A DNA stretch of 63,857 bases from Octopus bimaculoides. Lineage: Eukaryota. The position numbers and the translations under genes were made by a program. The notes beneath the pieces were generated by a model. The model saw only the letters and a list, made by a program, of their open reading frames with translations, was not told the DNA's origin and did not search any database. Location: the NCBI RefSeq assembly GCF_001194135.2, contig NC_068984.1:116397391-116461247 (forward strand), in the 5' to 3' direction. Shown here piece after piece: positions 63,090 through 63,857 of the stretch (the first letter of the stretch is position 1; every line of letters starts with the position of its first letter).

Positions 63090-63208
63090 ATAATAATAAT
63101 AATAATAATAATAAAAATAATAATAATATGGCATGTCATTTCTTTCTCCATCAATTTATCCATTTCCAATATTTCCAATCACTATTATTGTTATTATTAT
63201 TGTTTTTA

Positions 63209-63270
<62 letters not shown>

Positions 63271-63390
63271 GTTATTATTATTAATATTATTATTCTTTTT
63301 ATAAAAGAAATCATTATTATCATTGATATTATTATAACTGATGTATTTTTAATATCATTGTTTCCATTTATTAATTAATTAACTTATATA
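62892..63390. repeat. (AAT)/(GAT)/(TAG)/(ATT)n compound microsatellites
   Basis: Seen directly. Confidence 0.95.
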
Positions 63391-63730
63391 TTTATTCATT
63401 TCGGGGCCGGATACGAATTTGGTGTTCCATTTATAGATATTGAGCTTTATAAAATTTTCCCAGAGTGGCATTATATTTAATTGCTGTGTTCAGTGTTTTG
63501 CATCTATAATCATTAACTAAATCATAGTTGAGAATAGCCTATTAAACCACCATGTTCGTTCTCTTCTGTCACTTCTTTTGGTCACCATTGGTTTCATTCT
63601 CATTGTATTGTCGATATTTTTTTTTGTTTTTTATTTGTTTTGTTTTGGCATTTGCTTCTTTTTCCAACGCTTTTCATCAAACCATTATAATTAATAAACG
63701 CCATTATCTTGATCAAAGGAGCTTTCACCT

Positions 63731-63857
63731 CTAGCACTACCGTACCACCACCACCACCACCACCACCACCATTGCAAACACTGCTGCCAATACTGCTGCT
63801 GCTGCCGCCACTACTACTACTACTACTACTCCTACTACTACTACTACTACTACTACC
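63731..63857. repeat. (CAC)/(CTG)/(CTA)n compound microsatellite, homologous in inverted orientation to 53854-53910
   Basis: Shares the non-repetitive linkers CTAGCACT(A/G)CCGTACC and (T/G)GCAAACAC with the 53.9 kb site. Confidence 0.85.

Overview
This is AT-rich, microsatellite-dense eukaryotic DNA with 11 N-gaps. It is most likely intergenic or intronic cephalopod (Octopus-like) sequence; that assignment is inferred from base composition and repeat families. I found no host protein-coding gene, and nearly all ORF-track entries are translations of simple repeats or gaps. The window is a transposon graveyard. It holds at least four tRNA-derived SINE families, R4/Dong-type restriction-like-endonuclease (RLE) LINE fragments, RTE LINE 3' ends, Penelope-like element (PLE) fragments (RT N-terminus and GIY-YIG nuclease), a Tigger/pogo-derived MITE, a mariner remnant and several foldback elements. 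The most notable signals are: (1) a near-canonical type I hammerhead ribozyme at 26655-26728 (+); (2) a tRNA-headed SINE fused in inverted orientation to a second, hammerhead-bearing PLE-type tail at about 25.1 kb, with a related fold-back copy at about 12.7 kb; (3) a 42-bp-arm hairpin at 42823-42910; (4) an inverted pair of CCAAT/octamer/CGTGGGAA motif cassettes at 58.56 and 59.04 kb; (5) a compound-microsatellite cassette duplicated in inverted orientation 10 kb apart; and (6) recurrent templated fold-back inversions at TE breakpoints.
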